This document shows, one piece after another, positions 15,421-34,484 of a DNA stretch of 64,000 nucleotides. The notes beneath the pieces are model-generated. The model saw only the letters and a list, made by a program, of their open reading frames with translations. It made no database searches and was not told the origin of the DNA. The translations under genes were made by a program, and so were the position numbers. Origin of the DNA: the human T2T-CHM13v2.0 reference genome, Homo sapiens; NCBI RefSeq assembly GCF_009914755.1, contig NC_060929.1; one strand, 5' to 3'. How positions within the stretch are numbered: the first letter of the stretch is position 1; each line of letters starts with the position of its first letter.

Positions 15421-16375
15421 ATTCCCACCCACCCTTTAAAAGTCATCCTCTCCTATGTACCTCCAATTACTTGCTATAATAAAGCAATTATTATGCTATA
15501 GTATATTATATATTTCCAACAATGGACCATCTAGTTCTCCCATGTCTAAGAACCATATCTTTATATGTCCAATGCTTGCCATAGTAACTACTTTATTCAT
15601 CCATTACATGCTTACTAAAACTCCACAATATAGTGGGCACACAGCCTTCAATTTATAGAACAAAAGCAAGGGAGCAATTGTGATAAATCATATGACAAAT
15701 ATCTTGCTTCAACCAACTTGTAGTCCAACAAGAAAAGGTTAAAATGTAGATAAAGATGAATAAATAAAAGGTGCAAAAAGTGTAAGATAAATAATAGGAA
15801 AAAGCAGGTAACAATACCATCATCACCTAAAGAATAAATCATGTAGTTGAAATAAACTAAACTATTTGTGGCTACTAACAAAAAGAGATATAAATAGTTT
15901 AATATGATAAACATTTCCTTCAACTATTTAAAACATTAAAGTAATATGAAGAATATGAATTTCTAAAATCTTAAATAGGTTAGATTCTAAAATCTAATTT
16001 ATGCTGTCAACTGTATGATATAGTACCACTGTCATATATTCTCACTCAAATGACACATCTAAAATTATTTGGCTTAGTATTAAAGTAAATCATTGCTCTC
16101 GTTACATTTATAGGAAGAGTAGATTTTCTACTTTCCTTGATTTTATAACTGGCCAATACTAAATGAATCTGTGTATCTCTCAGGAATTTGGACTGCAGTA
16201 GAACAGGAGCTTATTCTCAAGTCTGAATTTCCAAAAGTAGGAAAAAAAAATCCCAAGAATCTAACTCCTTACATATATTGTTATTCTTAAAAATGTTTAC
16301 AAATTTGCCACTCGAATAGTCAACTCTCATGCTAATTGAGACAGAAAATAAGCACAAATAATTCCCTAAAGCAGT

Positions 16376-16480
16376 TGTTTCTAACACTCACCAAAAATAA
16401 ACTTAGATACACACGTACAACATATGTAGTGTTTCTAACACTCACCAAAAATAAACTTAGATACACACATACAAAAATAT
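16376..16480. repeat. 54-bp tandem duplication
   Basis: TGTTTCTAACACTCACCAAAAATAAACTTAGATACACAC repeated at 16376 and 16430. Confidence 0.92.
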
Positions 16481-17368
16481 GACTGTAATAAATGCCATCC
16501 CCCAAAACCCTAGACTTCTAGAGTCCCATCAATGGGCCATATTTTAAGCAGTACCACAAAACATCAGTTCTAGAAAAGGACCTGGTAAGTCCTGTGGAGT
16601 TTGGTAACGGGACCTGTCCTTCTACTTTCAGGATACCTAATATTTGCAAAGTGCATTACATTCTACAAAGACTAGCATATACAGTCTCAAACTTTACAAC
16701 ATAACAACTTCATAGTCTTTCACCTACTAATTCCACTTCTGGAAATTTGTATGTTAAGATAAGTAATTACATATACACAAGGATTCATATATAAATGTGT
16801 TTGCTCCTGGGTCATTTAAAAATGTTAAAAATTTAAGGATCCTATGTTAAGGAAACAAATAATGATAGTTACATAAAATAGATAATAGAATAGTGTGCTG
16901 CTATGTAACAATCACATTTTAATGATTTAATGCCATAGAAAATGCTTCCAATATTACATTAATGGAGAACAGCAGTTAGAAGCAATCCAAGAGAATAAAA
17001 ATAAAAATACAATATATACAGATACATGCTTTATAATATGCGATATTAAATATATATGCAAAAATTTTAACAGTGGCTATATCTGAATAGTGGGATTATA
17101 GATTTTTATTTTCTTCTATATTATTTTATGTTTATTCTAAATTACCCTTAAATTAGCTCATACTTTTAACATCATTAAAATTATTTTTCAAAGAAAATTA
17201 AAGTCCTTAGTAATATTAACAGAAGATGCCAGGAAAACTAACACAGTAGAAATTACATAGCTTTGTTGAATGAACTATGACATTTAAAACTCAAATATAA
17301 CCTGTATCTATTTTTTAAAAACACAAAAATTTTATATACAACAATAAACATATAGACAGTGTACCTAC

Positions 17369-17481
17369 AGTTAGCTGCATCTCACTAGACTGATTGTCTT
17401 CAGTTCTTGCTTCGTATTCTGGAACAGATGCAGGACCATATTCTCCAGACATAGGTCTTTTAGGTTCATTTTGAGAAAGTG
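17369..17481 (-). CDS. FAM169A: FAM169A coding exon 7 (A|LSQNEPKRPMSGEYGPASVPEYEARTEDNQSSEMQLT)
   Basis: 113 nt; tatacgcag acceptor, ACT|gtaggt donor; phase 1 to 0. Confidence 0.95.
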
Positions 17482-18031
17482 CTGCGTATAGAAGAATTTT
17501 AAAAACTGTAACCGAATCAGTATTTGGTTTTAACTCTAACATTGTACTGATTTTCCTAAAAGCTCTGAAGAGCAGCCTGGACAGAAGGGTCACGAAAATC
17601 TAGGTGTGAGATGTTCTCTTCACCAATATCCTATAATGCAACATTGCCATTATATACAATGTTAAATAGTTATTTTAAGTATTTAGTAGCTTTGGGGAGA
17701 AGTGCATGAGATTAAGGGGTACTTTGGACCCCCTGGTGCCTATTCTATGCCGTTTGAGTAATCTACGTTTATTTCTTACCCACCAATTCCTACTGGGCTG
17801 TTCTAGGTCTCCTTGTTACTAAGGACTCAAAAGTTAATACATTACCAAAATTCAAACCTTAGACAAGAGAGTCTGTTACTAGAACAATCACATTATAATA
17901 CACTACCACTCTGGACTCTAAGACACAACCATTATTAGCCTCTGCTTTTTAAACTGGACTTATGGGCCAGCAAGGACAGGCTACCAAAAATAAATAAACT
18001 GAACTTATGTTCAAACTGAAAACACTCTTAC

Positions 18032-18160
18032 CTAGAATTTTAAGTGCTTCTCTTTGTAATGCTCTGGTGACTGGTATTCGCTGGTACCAGTGTCCAACAC
18101 CTTCAACTTCCCAAAGGAGTTCATGGTCTCCTGGATACTTCTCAAAGTATTGCTTGCAAG
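18032..18160 (-). CDS. FAM169A: FAM169A coding exon 6 (A|CKQYFEKYPGDHELLWEVEGVGHWYQRIPVTRALQREALKIL)
   Basis: 129 nt; ttttcag acceptor, TAG|gtaaga donor; phase 1 to 1. Confidence 0.96.
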   Translation of the reverse strand, partial: LASNTLRSIQETMNSFGKLKVLDTGTSEYQSPEHYKEKHLKF

Positions 18161-18376
18161 CTGAAAAACACATTTAGAATTTTCTAGAAATCCCAAATAT
18201 CCACTGTTTTGAAAAACAGGAGTTGAAAAGTAAGCTTCCCAACTCACTTAACGGGGCTAGCATAACCTTGATACCAAAACACCAGCAACACAACTCAAGT
18301 ATACAGTAGTTTCATTTATAAATAAAAATTCTAAATAAAAATCCCAAATAAAAGTTTTAACACGACTGAACAATAA

Positions 18377-18580
<204 letters not shown>

Positions 18581-18599
18581 AAAAAAGTGCTTTGCTTTT

Positions 18600-19970
18600 A
18601 AAGAAAAAAATGATTAAATGTTACAGAGGGACATAGAAAAACTGAATAAAAAGATTGTCAGACTCAATAGTATAAAAATACCAGTTCTCATCAAATTGAT
18701 CTATAAATTCCATGCAATTCCAAACAAATCCCAACACAACTTATTTTTTAATGAAACTTAACAAAACTTGATCCCAAATTCAAAAATGAAAGAACAAAGG
18801 ATAAGAAAATATTCAGTATGTACAACTATTATACATGAATTTAAAAGCTCCAAAAAAAAAAAAAAAAAAAGAAATAATATTCAGGTCAATTCTGAAGAAG
18901 AAAAATAAGGATAGAGACTTGTCCAAGTAGATACCAAGTATTTGAAACAAGTACCAAGTATTTGAAACCAAGCATTTAAAAACCATAGTAATTGAAACAA
19001 CCTAGTATTGACAGAAGGATATATAAACGGACTGGGAGTGGGAGGGAGAAGGAGAAGAAAAATACCAAAAAACAAACAAACAAAAAATCCACAAATAAGT
19101 CACAAAGAAACTCCACTAGGAAAGAACCACACGTACACTACAACTTGCCAAATGACAGAAAAGGCATTACACTTCAGCAAAGAATGGATAAACTACTAAA
19201 ATAATGGTGCTGAAATAAAAATCCATATAAAAAAGCAATAAAGTCAGATCCTGACCTCACATCAACATAAATTCTAAACAAATTCTAAGACCTAATGTGA
19301 AAAACAAAATGTTTAAAAGAAAACATAGGAGAATACCTCTAGGACATTAGGGTTCAGATGGATTCCTTACAAAAGACACAAAAATCACAGTCCATGATGA
19401 AAAAGTATGATCTATTAAGATTTAAAACCTAGTATATCAGGACTGTGCAACAGAACTTTCTGTGATGATAGACATGTCCTATTACCAGCACTGTCCAATA
19501 CAGTAGCCACTAGCCACATGTGACTACTGAGGAACTGAACTTAAACTTATATTTAAATTAGTGACTACTGTATTGAACTGCACCATTCTACATGAAAATG
19601 ATACCAGAAAGACACAGATTAGGAGATATTTAGAGTAAAACAAACAATTAGTACTCAGAATATATAAAGAATTTCTGAAATTGAATTCAAAAGACAAAGT
19701 TATCCCAAAGAAAAACTGACAGAGACTATGAACAGGAATTTCACACCTAATGAAATCTGAGTGGTCAATAAACAAAGATAAAGATGATAAACCTCACTAG
19801 CTGCCAAGGAAAGATAAGATATGATTTTCACACCTGCAGGATATGACAAGCACCAAGAAGAATAAGGGAAATGGAAACACACACTCTGCTGGTGGGATAA
19901 TAATTTTGCAACAGTAAAGTTGAAAAGGCTTTTATGATCCAATTCTACTTCTAGGTATAAACCCTAATTC
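18600..19970 (+). mobile_element. Old L1M ORF2 fragments with a MER3-like insert (~19440-19590)
   Basis: ATCTATAAATTCCATGCAATTCCAA, GAAAACATAGGAGAATAC, CAATTCTACTTCTAGGTATA motifs. Confidence 0.65.
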
Positions 19971-19976
19971 CTTATA

Positions 19977-20445
19977 CAGATGCTCCCTGACTTACACTGG
20001 GGTTACATTCTGATAAACCCATCATAAATTGAAAATACCACTAAGTCAAAAATGCATTCACTACACCTAACCTATCAAACATCATAGCTTAGCCTCACTT
20101 ACCTTAAATGTGTTCTGAACACTTACAGTTCAGAACACAGCCTTCAGCCTATAGCCGGGCAAAATCATCTAACACAAAGCCTATTTTATGATAAACTGTT
20201 GAATATTTCACATACTTTATTGAATACAGTACTCTGTAGAGTATTGGTTGGTTGCCCTTGCGATCACCTGGCTGACTGGGAGCTGTGATTGGCAGCCACT
20301 GCCCAGCTTCATGAGAGAGTATCATACCACATATCATTAGCAAAGGAAAAGATAAAAATTCAAATGACTGTTTCTACTGAATGAGTATCACTTTTGTACC
20401 ATCATAAAATCAAAAGCCAAACCATCATAAGTCAAGGGCCATTTG
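19977..20445 (+). mobile_element. MER47/Tigger5-type Tc1-mariner MITE
   Basis: TA|CAGATGCTCCCTGACTTAC...ATAAGTCAAGGGCCATTTG|TA: terminal inverted repeats and TA TSD. Confidence 0.85.
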
Positions 20446-20714
20446 TACATATGCAAAAAACATTTGTAACATTCATTACAGGACTACTTTTAAACTAGGA
20501 TGACCGGACACAACCTAAGTGCCCAACAGTAGGGAAATATATGAATAAACTGTAATATGTATGTAATAAAAATACTGTGTAGTATTTAAAACAAATGAAT
20601 TATGGCTACCTAAATCAACATTGATAACTCTTTTAAAAATGCTCAGTAAAAATGTGGGCCAGTAAATGAACAAAATGATGCCACGTATAAAAAGTTTAAA
20701 AACACACTAAATAA

Positions 20715-21540
20715 GGCTAGGCACAGCGGCTCACGCCTGTAATCCCAGCATTTTGGGAGGCCAAGGTAGGCAGATCATGAGATTAGGAGTTCAAGACCAG
20801 CCTGATCAACATGGTGAAACCCCATCTCTACTAAAAATACAGAAAATTAGCCGGCCATGGTGGCTACTCAGGAGGCTGAGGCAGGAGAATCACTTGAACC
20901 CAGGAGGAGGAGGTACAGCCACAGTGGAAAACAGTTTGACAGTTCCTCAAAAAATGAAACACAGAATTACCGTATGACCCACCAATTTCATCCTCAGGTA
21001 TACATTCAAAAGAAATGAAAGCAGAGACTCAAACAGGTATCTGTACACCAACATTCATTGAAGCATTATTCACAATAGCCAAAAGGTAGAAACAACCTAA
21101 CTGTCCATCAATAGATGAATGGCAAAACAAAATACTGTATATTCAAACAAAAGAATACTATCCAGCCATAAAAAGGAATGGAATTTTGATACTGTATATG
21201 CTACAACATGATGGACCTCAAAGACATTATGTTTAGTGAAGTAAGCCAGACACAGAAAAATAAATATTGTATGATTCCATTTAGATGAGGTAGCTAGCAT
21301 GGGCAAATTCATAGGGACAGAAAGCAGAAAACAGGTTACCTACCAGAAGATGGGGGTAGGGGAAAAGGGGAGTTAATTGTTTAATGGGGAGAAAGTTGAT
21401 GTTGCAGATGATTGAAAAGCTCTGGATATAGACAGTGGTGATGGGTACAAAACACTGTGCATAAGAGCCACTGAACTGTTCACCTACAAATAAGGTATTA
21501 TGTATAATTTTTTACAACAAAAAATGGTTTAAAAACTAAG
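20715..21540 (+). mobile_element. Fused AluS (3'-truncated) and L1MB 3' end, interrupting an older L1ME
   Basis: Alu to ~20914 joined at GGT to L1MB; CACACTAAATAA at 20703-20714 and 21545-21556. Confidence 0.8.
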
Positions 21541-22190
21541 AAAGCACACTAAATAATATTTTATAATGTTTACAGACATAAATATGAAACCATAAGTAGG
21601 AAAATAAACACTAACTTCAGGAGTGCAATTATCTCTGGGGAGGAAAGGAGAAAGCAGAGTGGTATTAGGGAAGGGTTCAAAGAGAACATCAATTGTATCT
21701 TTTATTACAATCAATAAATATTGTATTTAGTTCTCCCTTAAACTAAAACAAATATGGCAAAATCTTCACATTTGTTCAATCTAGACTTGGTACAGAAATT
21801 AGGACACTAGTCTATCATTTTTTTCCCTGTATATTTGAAAATATTTCTCATATGTTCTGGGTTTAGTTTCCAAAACTAAAAGGAAGGAAGAAGCTGGAGA
21901 AAACCAACACAACAGGCCACAAAACAAAACAAAAAGACATGGCTAATAAACCAACTGTTGAGATAAAATAGAACACTGATAAATACTTCCAAAAGGAAAG
22001 AAAAAAGGAGAAAGAACAAATGGGACAAATAAAGAATAAACAGTAGGATGGGAGATGTAAACTAAATAATTTCAAAACTTACTTGCAAAAAATGCACATG
22101 GACTAAAGAAAATGAAAAGGCCATGAGAAAGAATTAACAATACACACATATAACAACTCATATCCAGGATACATAAAGAACTCATAACTC

Positions 22191-22496
<306 letters not shown>

Positions 22497-22499
22497 TCA

Positions 22500-23690
<1,191 letters not shown>

Positions 23691-23695
23691 TGCCC

Positions 23696-24124
23696 TTTTT
23701 TTTTTTTTGAAACAGGATCTGGCTCTTTCCCTGAGTCTGGAGTGCAGTGGCTCACTACAGCCTTGAACTCCTGTACTCAAGTGATCCTCCTGCCTCAGTC
23801 TCTCGAGTAACTGGGACTACAGGCGCACACCACTAGGCCTGGATTTTTTTTTTTTTTTTTTTTTTTTCCTTCAGACAGAGTCTCGCTCTGTCACCCAGGT
23901 TGAAGTGCAGTGGCACAATTTTGGCTCACCACAAATTCTGCCTCCCAGGCTCAAGCAAAATCTGGTGACTCAGCCTTCTGAGTAGCTGGGATTACAGACA
24001 TGTGCCACCATGCCCAGCTAATTTTCACATTTTTAATGGAGATGGAATTTCACCATGTTGGCCAGGCTAGTCTTGCATTCTTGGCCTCAAGTGATCTGCC
24101 CTCCTCGGCCTTCCAAAGTGCTAA
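23696..24124 (-). mobile_element. Alu right arm plus near-full AluJ/S, reverse strand
   Basis: Two T-tracts and Alu consensus; second copy lacks ~30 nt at its 5' end. Confidence 0.88.
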
Positions 24125-24987
24125 GGCTTTATAGGAAGATAGAAATTAGCTGATAATCATCTGTAAATCATTTGGTATTCAATTTATTTATCATTAGAAT
24201 CACAGAAGAGAGTAAGTGCTAAGGGATTCTGCCTGCAGTGGATGTCTTTGCATCTCTCCTCAAATTCAGTAAAGCAGTAATTAGGGGGTAATGCATTTTA
24301 GGACTATCCAAGGACACACAATGCCCATCCCACTCTCATGTATGGATTTAGAGAGAAAATATGATTCAAGATGGGCATCTAATTCTGTACTTGGTTCCTG
24401 TTTTCTGGATTGCTTTTGGTATTAAAGAAGGTGCAGAAGATTTGGAATAAAAATATATTTTCAGTGGAAATAAATGTCAACTGTTAGACTGAAATCAACA
24501 GTAAATTATACTTTATAAGAGTTTCTAGGTTAATTACTATCCAGAATTAAATCTTACTTCATTGAGTAGTTGTATACCTTTACACAAATGCAAAAACAAA
24601 CCCACTAATGGTTTTAAATCACCAAGTGATATGTCCATAAAATGGAATACGGCATTGACAATAAATGGAACTATACGAATCCATATGGATGAATCTCACA
24701 AATATAAAGATGAGTAAAGAAAGCAAACTGTAGAATTCATACAGTATGTATTTATAGTTTTTAAATATATAAAGCAACCTGACACATTGTTTGAGAATAC
24801 ACACGTATGTATTACAAGTCTAAGAAATGTATGAGAAAAATAAAGCCAAGTTAGGTACAGTACTCATCCCAGGGAAGGGGAGTGAGTCTAACTGGGTAGA
24901 AGTACATAGAAGGCTTCGACCATATTGGCAACAAGCCATTTCTCATGGATGGTACATGCTGACATAGTACATGAGTATTTGATATCT

Positions 24988-25450
24988 TATTTTTATTTCT
25001 TTTTATTTTTTTGAGGTAAGCTCTCAATTTGTCACCCAGGCTGAAGTGCAGTAGTGCAATCTCGGCTCACTGCAGCTTTGACCTCCTGGGCTCAAGCAAT
25101 TCTCCCACTTCAGCCCCTCAAGTAACCGGGACTACAGGCACAAGCCACCACACCCAGCTAATTTTTTTTGTAATTTTTGTAGCGATGGGGTTTTACCATG
25201 TTGTCCAGGCTGGTCTCGAATTCCTGAGCTCAAGCGATCCACCCACCTCGGGCTCCTAAAGTGCTAGAATTACAGGCGTGAGCCACCATACCCAGCCAAT
25301 GCCTTACTTTTTAAACTTTTTTTTTTTTTTAATTGAGGTGAGGTCTCACTATGTTGCCCAGACTGGTCTCAAACTCCTGGACTCAAGCAGTCCTCCCACC
25401 TCAGCCTTTGGAGTAACTGAGATAACAGGCATATGCCACCATTCCCAGCT
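24988..25450 (-). mobile_element. AluJ (to 25297) and FLAM monomer (25318-25450)
   Basis: Reverse Alu consensus with J-type CTCCTGGGCTCAAGC. Confidence 0.88.
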
Positions 25451-25499
25451 TCTTTATTTCTTTTTGTATGTCTGAAATTTATTTTGTTAATTTTAAAAG

Positions 25500-26530
<1,031 letters not shown>

Positions 26531-26710
26531 TAAGACTGCCAAACCCCGAGAAAACAAATACATAAGGGCACATTTGCCAAAGTAAGTTCTAGAGAGCCTA
26601 AGGTTCCAAATTTATGTGATACTGATATATACACATTTACCGTATTTTGAAGAAACAAGTCGGAAGTGACACAAAGACAAGTTTATTATTTTTTAACTTA
26701 GTCCATTTAC

Positions 26711-26890
26711 CTGTATACATGAGAGAAGACAGTGGATACCGCAAGCCAAGCGCATCTTCTGTAAAGGAATCAACAAAGTCCTCCAGCATGTGAAGCCCAA
26801 AATCTTTACCTCTGTATTTCTTTCTTAGAAACATTGTATCAAGAACTGGCAATTGGTAACTTTGGGTAAGAAAAGAGGCACATATGCTTC
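26711..26890 (-). CDS. FAM169A: FAM169A coding exon 5 (G|SICASFLTQSYQLPVLDTMFLRKKYRGKDFGLHMLEDFVDSFTEDALGLRYPLSSLMYT)
   Basis: 180 nt; ctgcag acceptor, CAG|gtaaat donor; phase 1 to 1. Confidence 0.96.
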
Positions 26891-28017
26891 CTGCAGTAAT
26901 AAGAACAGAAACCCAATAATTTCTCACATTAAAAAATATACATACATTTAGTGACATGAGTTAACAGTCTTTCTAAAAAAAGTTTTCTTCTATATCAAAA
27001 AACGTTAAATATATAAATGTTATAATATAAAGTGTTTTTCAGCTACTATTAGACATTATAATGTATAATGTGATAATGAAAGGAGCTATGTATTTTATGT
27101 TTGCTAGTAGTATCATCAAATATAGGACAAATAGCTCAGTACCATATTCTAAAATATATACTTCACTATATGTATTATATATATACCATCACTGTCTATA
27201 GACTCATGCAACTCTAAAACTCATCAACTATTAAAATTTCAAATTTGAAGAGTATTTGAAGACTATCATTCCAACCTTAGTACCTGAATATCCTTTTTTT
27301 TTCTTTGAGGATGTCTCTGATCTGTATTTTTTTAAACATTCATATTTTCCCTCTACATTTTTCCTAACGAGTACCATTTCATTTTTATCTACTTGATGAT
27401 AGTAAAGAAGTGAATTAGTTCTCCAAATTTTTAAGGACTATAAATTGGGGCGAACTGGAAACATCTGTCTTAGACATGGATAAAATTTCCTGTAGATACA
27501 ATGCTAAATACATTTTGTATGTTTAAAGTTAAACAGGACAAAAAATTTGTAGTTTCTATATATCTCTCTCCTTATTATACAGCTATGCTGATTTGTCTTT
27601 TAAGAACCCTGCTCTATATCTGGGTTTTGACCATTCCAATAGATGTATTAACTCCTTTAATATATCAAAGTAGTTTACAAGTTGAGGGAACGTGGTGGTG
27701 TGTCATACTTCCTGTTAATTTTAGAATTCATAGTTATCAGTCATTATTCTATTATTTTTGCCTCAAATAAAATAATCTTTTATTCTCAGATTATTCATAT
27801 GATTTTGGATAACTCCAATAATGTAGTTCAAACAAGAAACAAAATGTCAAACATCTCACAAATTGTCTTACCAATCATATCATTTAATGAGCTGATCAAT
27901 ATAACAACTTTTTTCAGTTCAACCAAGTAATATGAACTATTTATGACTGAATTGGATTACTTACATAACTTTCTGGAACAATCTCCGAGACTACCGACTA
28001 ATTTAAATTTAGAATAG

Positions 28018-28352
<335 letters not shown>

Positions 28353-28436
28353 AATATACTTAGATCTTAATTGCTGACACTTAGTTAGGCTATTTCTAAG
28401 GGTCTAGATTTCTTGTACAAATCTAACAAGTAATCT

Positions 28437-28968
28437 TGTCAGAGGCGTTTGAACTAGCACAACTCCATCTTAAATAGGAACTGGGTAAAATGAGGCTGAG
28501 ACCTACTGGGTTGCATTCCCAGACAGTTAAGGCATTCTAAGTCACAGGATGAGACAGGAGGTTGGCACAAGATGCAGGTCATAAACACCCTGCTGATAAA
28601 ACAGGTTGCAGTAAAGAAGCTGGCTAAAATCCACCAAAACCAAGATGGCAATGAGAGTGACCTCTGGTTGTCCTCACTGCTACAATCCCATTAGCACCGT
28701 GACAGTTTCCAAATGCCATGGCAACATCAGGAAGTTACCCAATATGGTCTGAAAAGGGGAGGCATGAATAATCCACCCCTTGTTTAGCATATCATCAAGA
28801 AATAATCATAAAAATGGGCAACCAGCAGTCCTTGAGGCTGCTCTGTGAAGTAGCCATTCTTTTATTCCTTTACTTTCCTAATAAACTTGCTTTCACTTTA
28901 TGGACTTGCCCTGAATTCTTTCTTGTGCAAGACCCAAAAACCCTCTCTTGGACCCCTTTCCGGTAACA
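28437..28968 (+). mobile_element. MER41A solo LTR (ERV1)
   Basis: TGTCAGAGGCGTTTGAAC...TTTCCGGTAACA; 4-bp TSD ATCT/GTCT; GGGGAGG|CATGAATAATCC junction lacks the MER41B segment. Confidence 0.9.
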
Positions 28969-29819
28969 GTCTCATCAACAAGCTAACGCAACCACTATGT
29001 TTTTAATGCCTTGAAATTGAAGGGTTTTCAGAGTAACAATAGCAGTGATCATGAAATTAACACACATTATAAGTAGTGGTAGTCAAGTTTGAAGTACAAA
29101 GCAAAAATGAATGAGAAGAGAAAGCACTGTCTAGTTCTAGTTCTCAATACAAAGTCTGAGGATCTATGGTTGTTCATTACTCTACATGCTTCAGGCTCCT
29201 TACAAAAGAATACTACTGAAATGCAGAAAGTTTCTCATAAATTGATTTTTTTTTCTATTTTCACAGAAACATTCCTTCTAGTAAAGGGAAATTCCAGTAT
29301 CTCAGACTAGTGTTAAAATGGCCAGTTTATGGAACAAGCAGTGTGTTCACAACATTTAAATTTCTTCTACTTTTTACTTGCCATGTACATGTTCCTTTCA
29401 GAAAATCAGAAAATCATACTGGTTCTCTTCCTTCACCTACACTTTACATATTAATACTTCTGCTCTCCAGGGTCTGACTCATACAAATGCAATCAAATAA
29501 AGAGCAGAAAAACTTTCCATATTATCAGGGACTTTTAAGATTCACCAAAAGCTGTGGATTTACCTAGTAAAGCAAAAACTATAACCTGCTGTCTTAGGTA
29601 AAGTTTTCATTAAATTTACTAGCTCAGATTACATTTAATTTAGCATTGCACATGTCAGATTGTTTATATTCCTCAAAATTCCACATTTTTCTATGTGCTC
29701 TGAGTATTGTTATTCACCCCCCAAGACTTCTGCCATTTATCCAAATGCTGATGACTACTAATGTCTATCTTTAACCTCTATAAAGCATGAGACTTCAAAA
29801 TCAAGAATGAAAGAGCTCA

Positions 29820-32860
<3,041 letters not shown>

Positions 32861-32865
32861 TATCC

Positions 32866-33170
32866 TTTTTTTTTTTTTTTTTTTTTTTGAGGCAGAGTCT
32901 CATTCTGTTGCCCAGGCTGGAGTGCACTGGGCCGTCTTGGCTCAATGCAACCTCCACCTCCTGGGTTCAAGCAATTCTCATGCCTCAGCCTCCCTAGTAG
33001 CTGGGATTACAGGTATGCAGCACCACACACAGTTAATTTTTTGTATTTTTAGTAGAGATGGGGTTTCACTGTGTTGGCCAGGCTGGCCTCAAACTCCTAA
33101 CCTCAGGTGATCCACCCACCTCAGCCTCCCAAAGTGTTGGGATTACAGGCATTAGCCACCGCACCCAGCC
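32866..33170 (-). mobile_element. AluS SINE
   Basis: TSD TGAATTGTAT. Confidence 0.92.
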
Positions 33171-33329
33171 TGAATTGTATATTTTAAATGGGTGAATTGT
33201 ATGGTATATGAATATCTCAGGTAGTTGTTAAAAATGTAAAAACAAAATATCAACTTACAAGTGACTCCAATAAACCATTTATAACCAGATTTTGCAGACA
33301 GCCCCAAAACCTACTCTACCTAGTTTACC

Positions 33330-34175
33330 AATTTTTTAGTAAACCTCGCCCCTACTCGCCCACTCTAGGAACTCATGTTTGACTCTTCCTTCACAGCCCA
33401 CGTACAATCCATCAGAAATCCTGCAGGAATCACTTCATAACTAATCTCAAACATGATCACTTCTTACCACCTCTACCCCATCTCCCTTGTCTAAGCTACT
33501 GTCACCTCTCACCAGGGCTTCTACAACAGCCTCTTAGCTAGCTGAACTCAACCCTGCCATCTCTGCAGCACCCAGAACCCCTGCACCCAGTTTCCCACAG
33601 AGCAGCCAGATTTGCCTTTTTAAAAGACAAACCAGATGTTACTCCTATACCCAAAACCCTTCAATAGTTTCCCATCACCTGCAGAAAAAAATTCAAATTC
33701 TTTCTTTGGCCTAAAAAACCTTTCAGGATACAGTCCCTGCCTCTCTCCTAATCCATATCAATCACTATACTCTGGCCACACTGCTCTTACTATTTCTGAA
33801 GTATCCCAAACTTGTTTCTGCCTCAGGGCTTCTGCATTTTCAGCTCTTTGCCTGAAAATTTCTTCTCCTGATCTCACTATTCCATCACTTCATTCAGAGA
33901 GACTTCCCCTAACTATTCCGTTTAAAATAGTACCTGCTGTCCCACACGTTCTATTCTTTTAATTTACTTTGGTTGTCTTCACATCATCTGACAGCATATC
34001 ATCTACTTGTCCATTCATTGCTATGTCTCCTTCTAAAATCTAAGTTCTAAGAGGACAGAGCTTATAAAACATCTATGACTATCTCTCAATTTCTTCCTCT
34101 TGCTCTTTCTCACACTTCCCCCGCCTCCCTTTCCCTATCTATATGCACTTAAGATCAACTTTTTAATAAATGAAT
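33330..34175. mobile_element. L2 LINE 3' fragment
   Basis: L2 motifs ending TTAATAAATGAATAAAT. Confidence 0.65.
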
Positions 34176-34484
34176 AAATTTCAGCGACACCATTCAGGTC
34201 TATGTATTGAATTCAAGAACAGATATTCTGCCACAACTGAGCAGCTGCTTCTTCTCATAGAATCACCATTCATTCTTTGTCCACCCAGGAATATGCCTTC
34301 TCTCCCCTTAAAACTTAACACCTCATGAAGCCATCAGTGTGTGACTGTCTCCATTGAAGACATACATAAAGTGAATTTCAGATTCAGATTATCAGATTCA
34401 GATTATTCAGAAATTCAGATTATCCTCAGATGAGCGAACCTGTCATATACCACTAGGTATTCTCATTACAGTCTTCATGCTCTA

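Noticed and set aside
24116-24590. Unassigned segment after a truncated Alu, with AAGTGCTAAGG repeated at ~24116 and ~24214
   Set aside because: No poly(A) tail, ORF or recognisable parent; an 11-bp match is too weak to call a TSD
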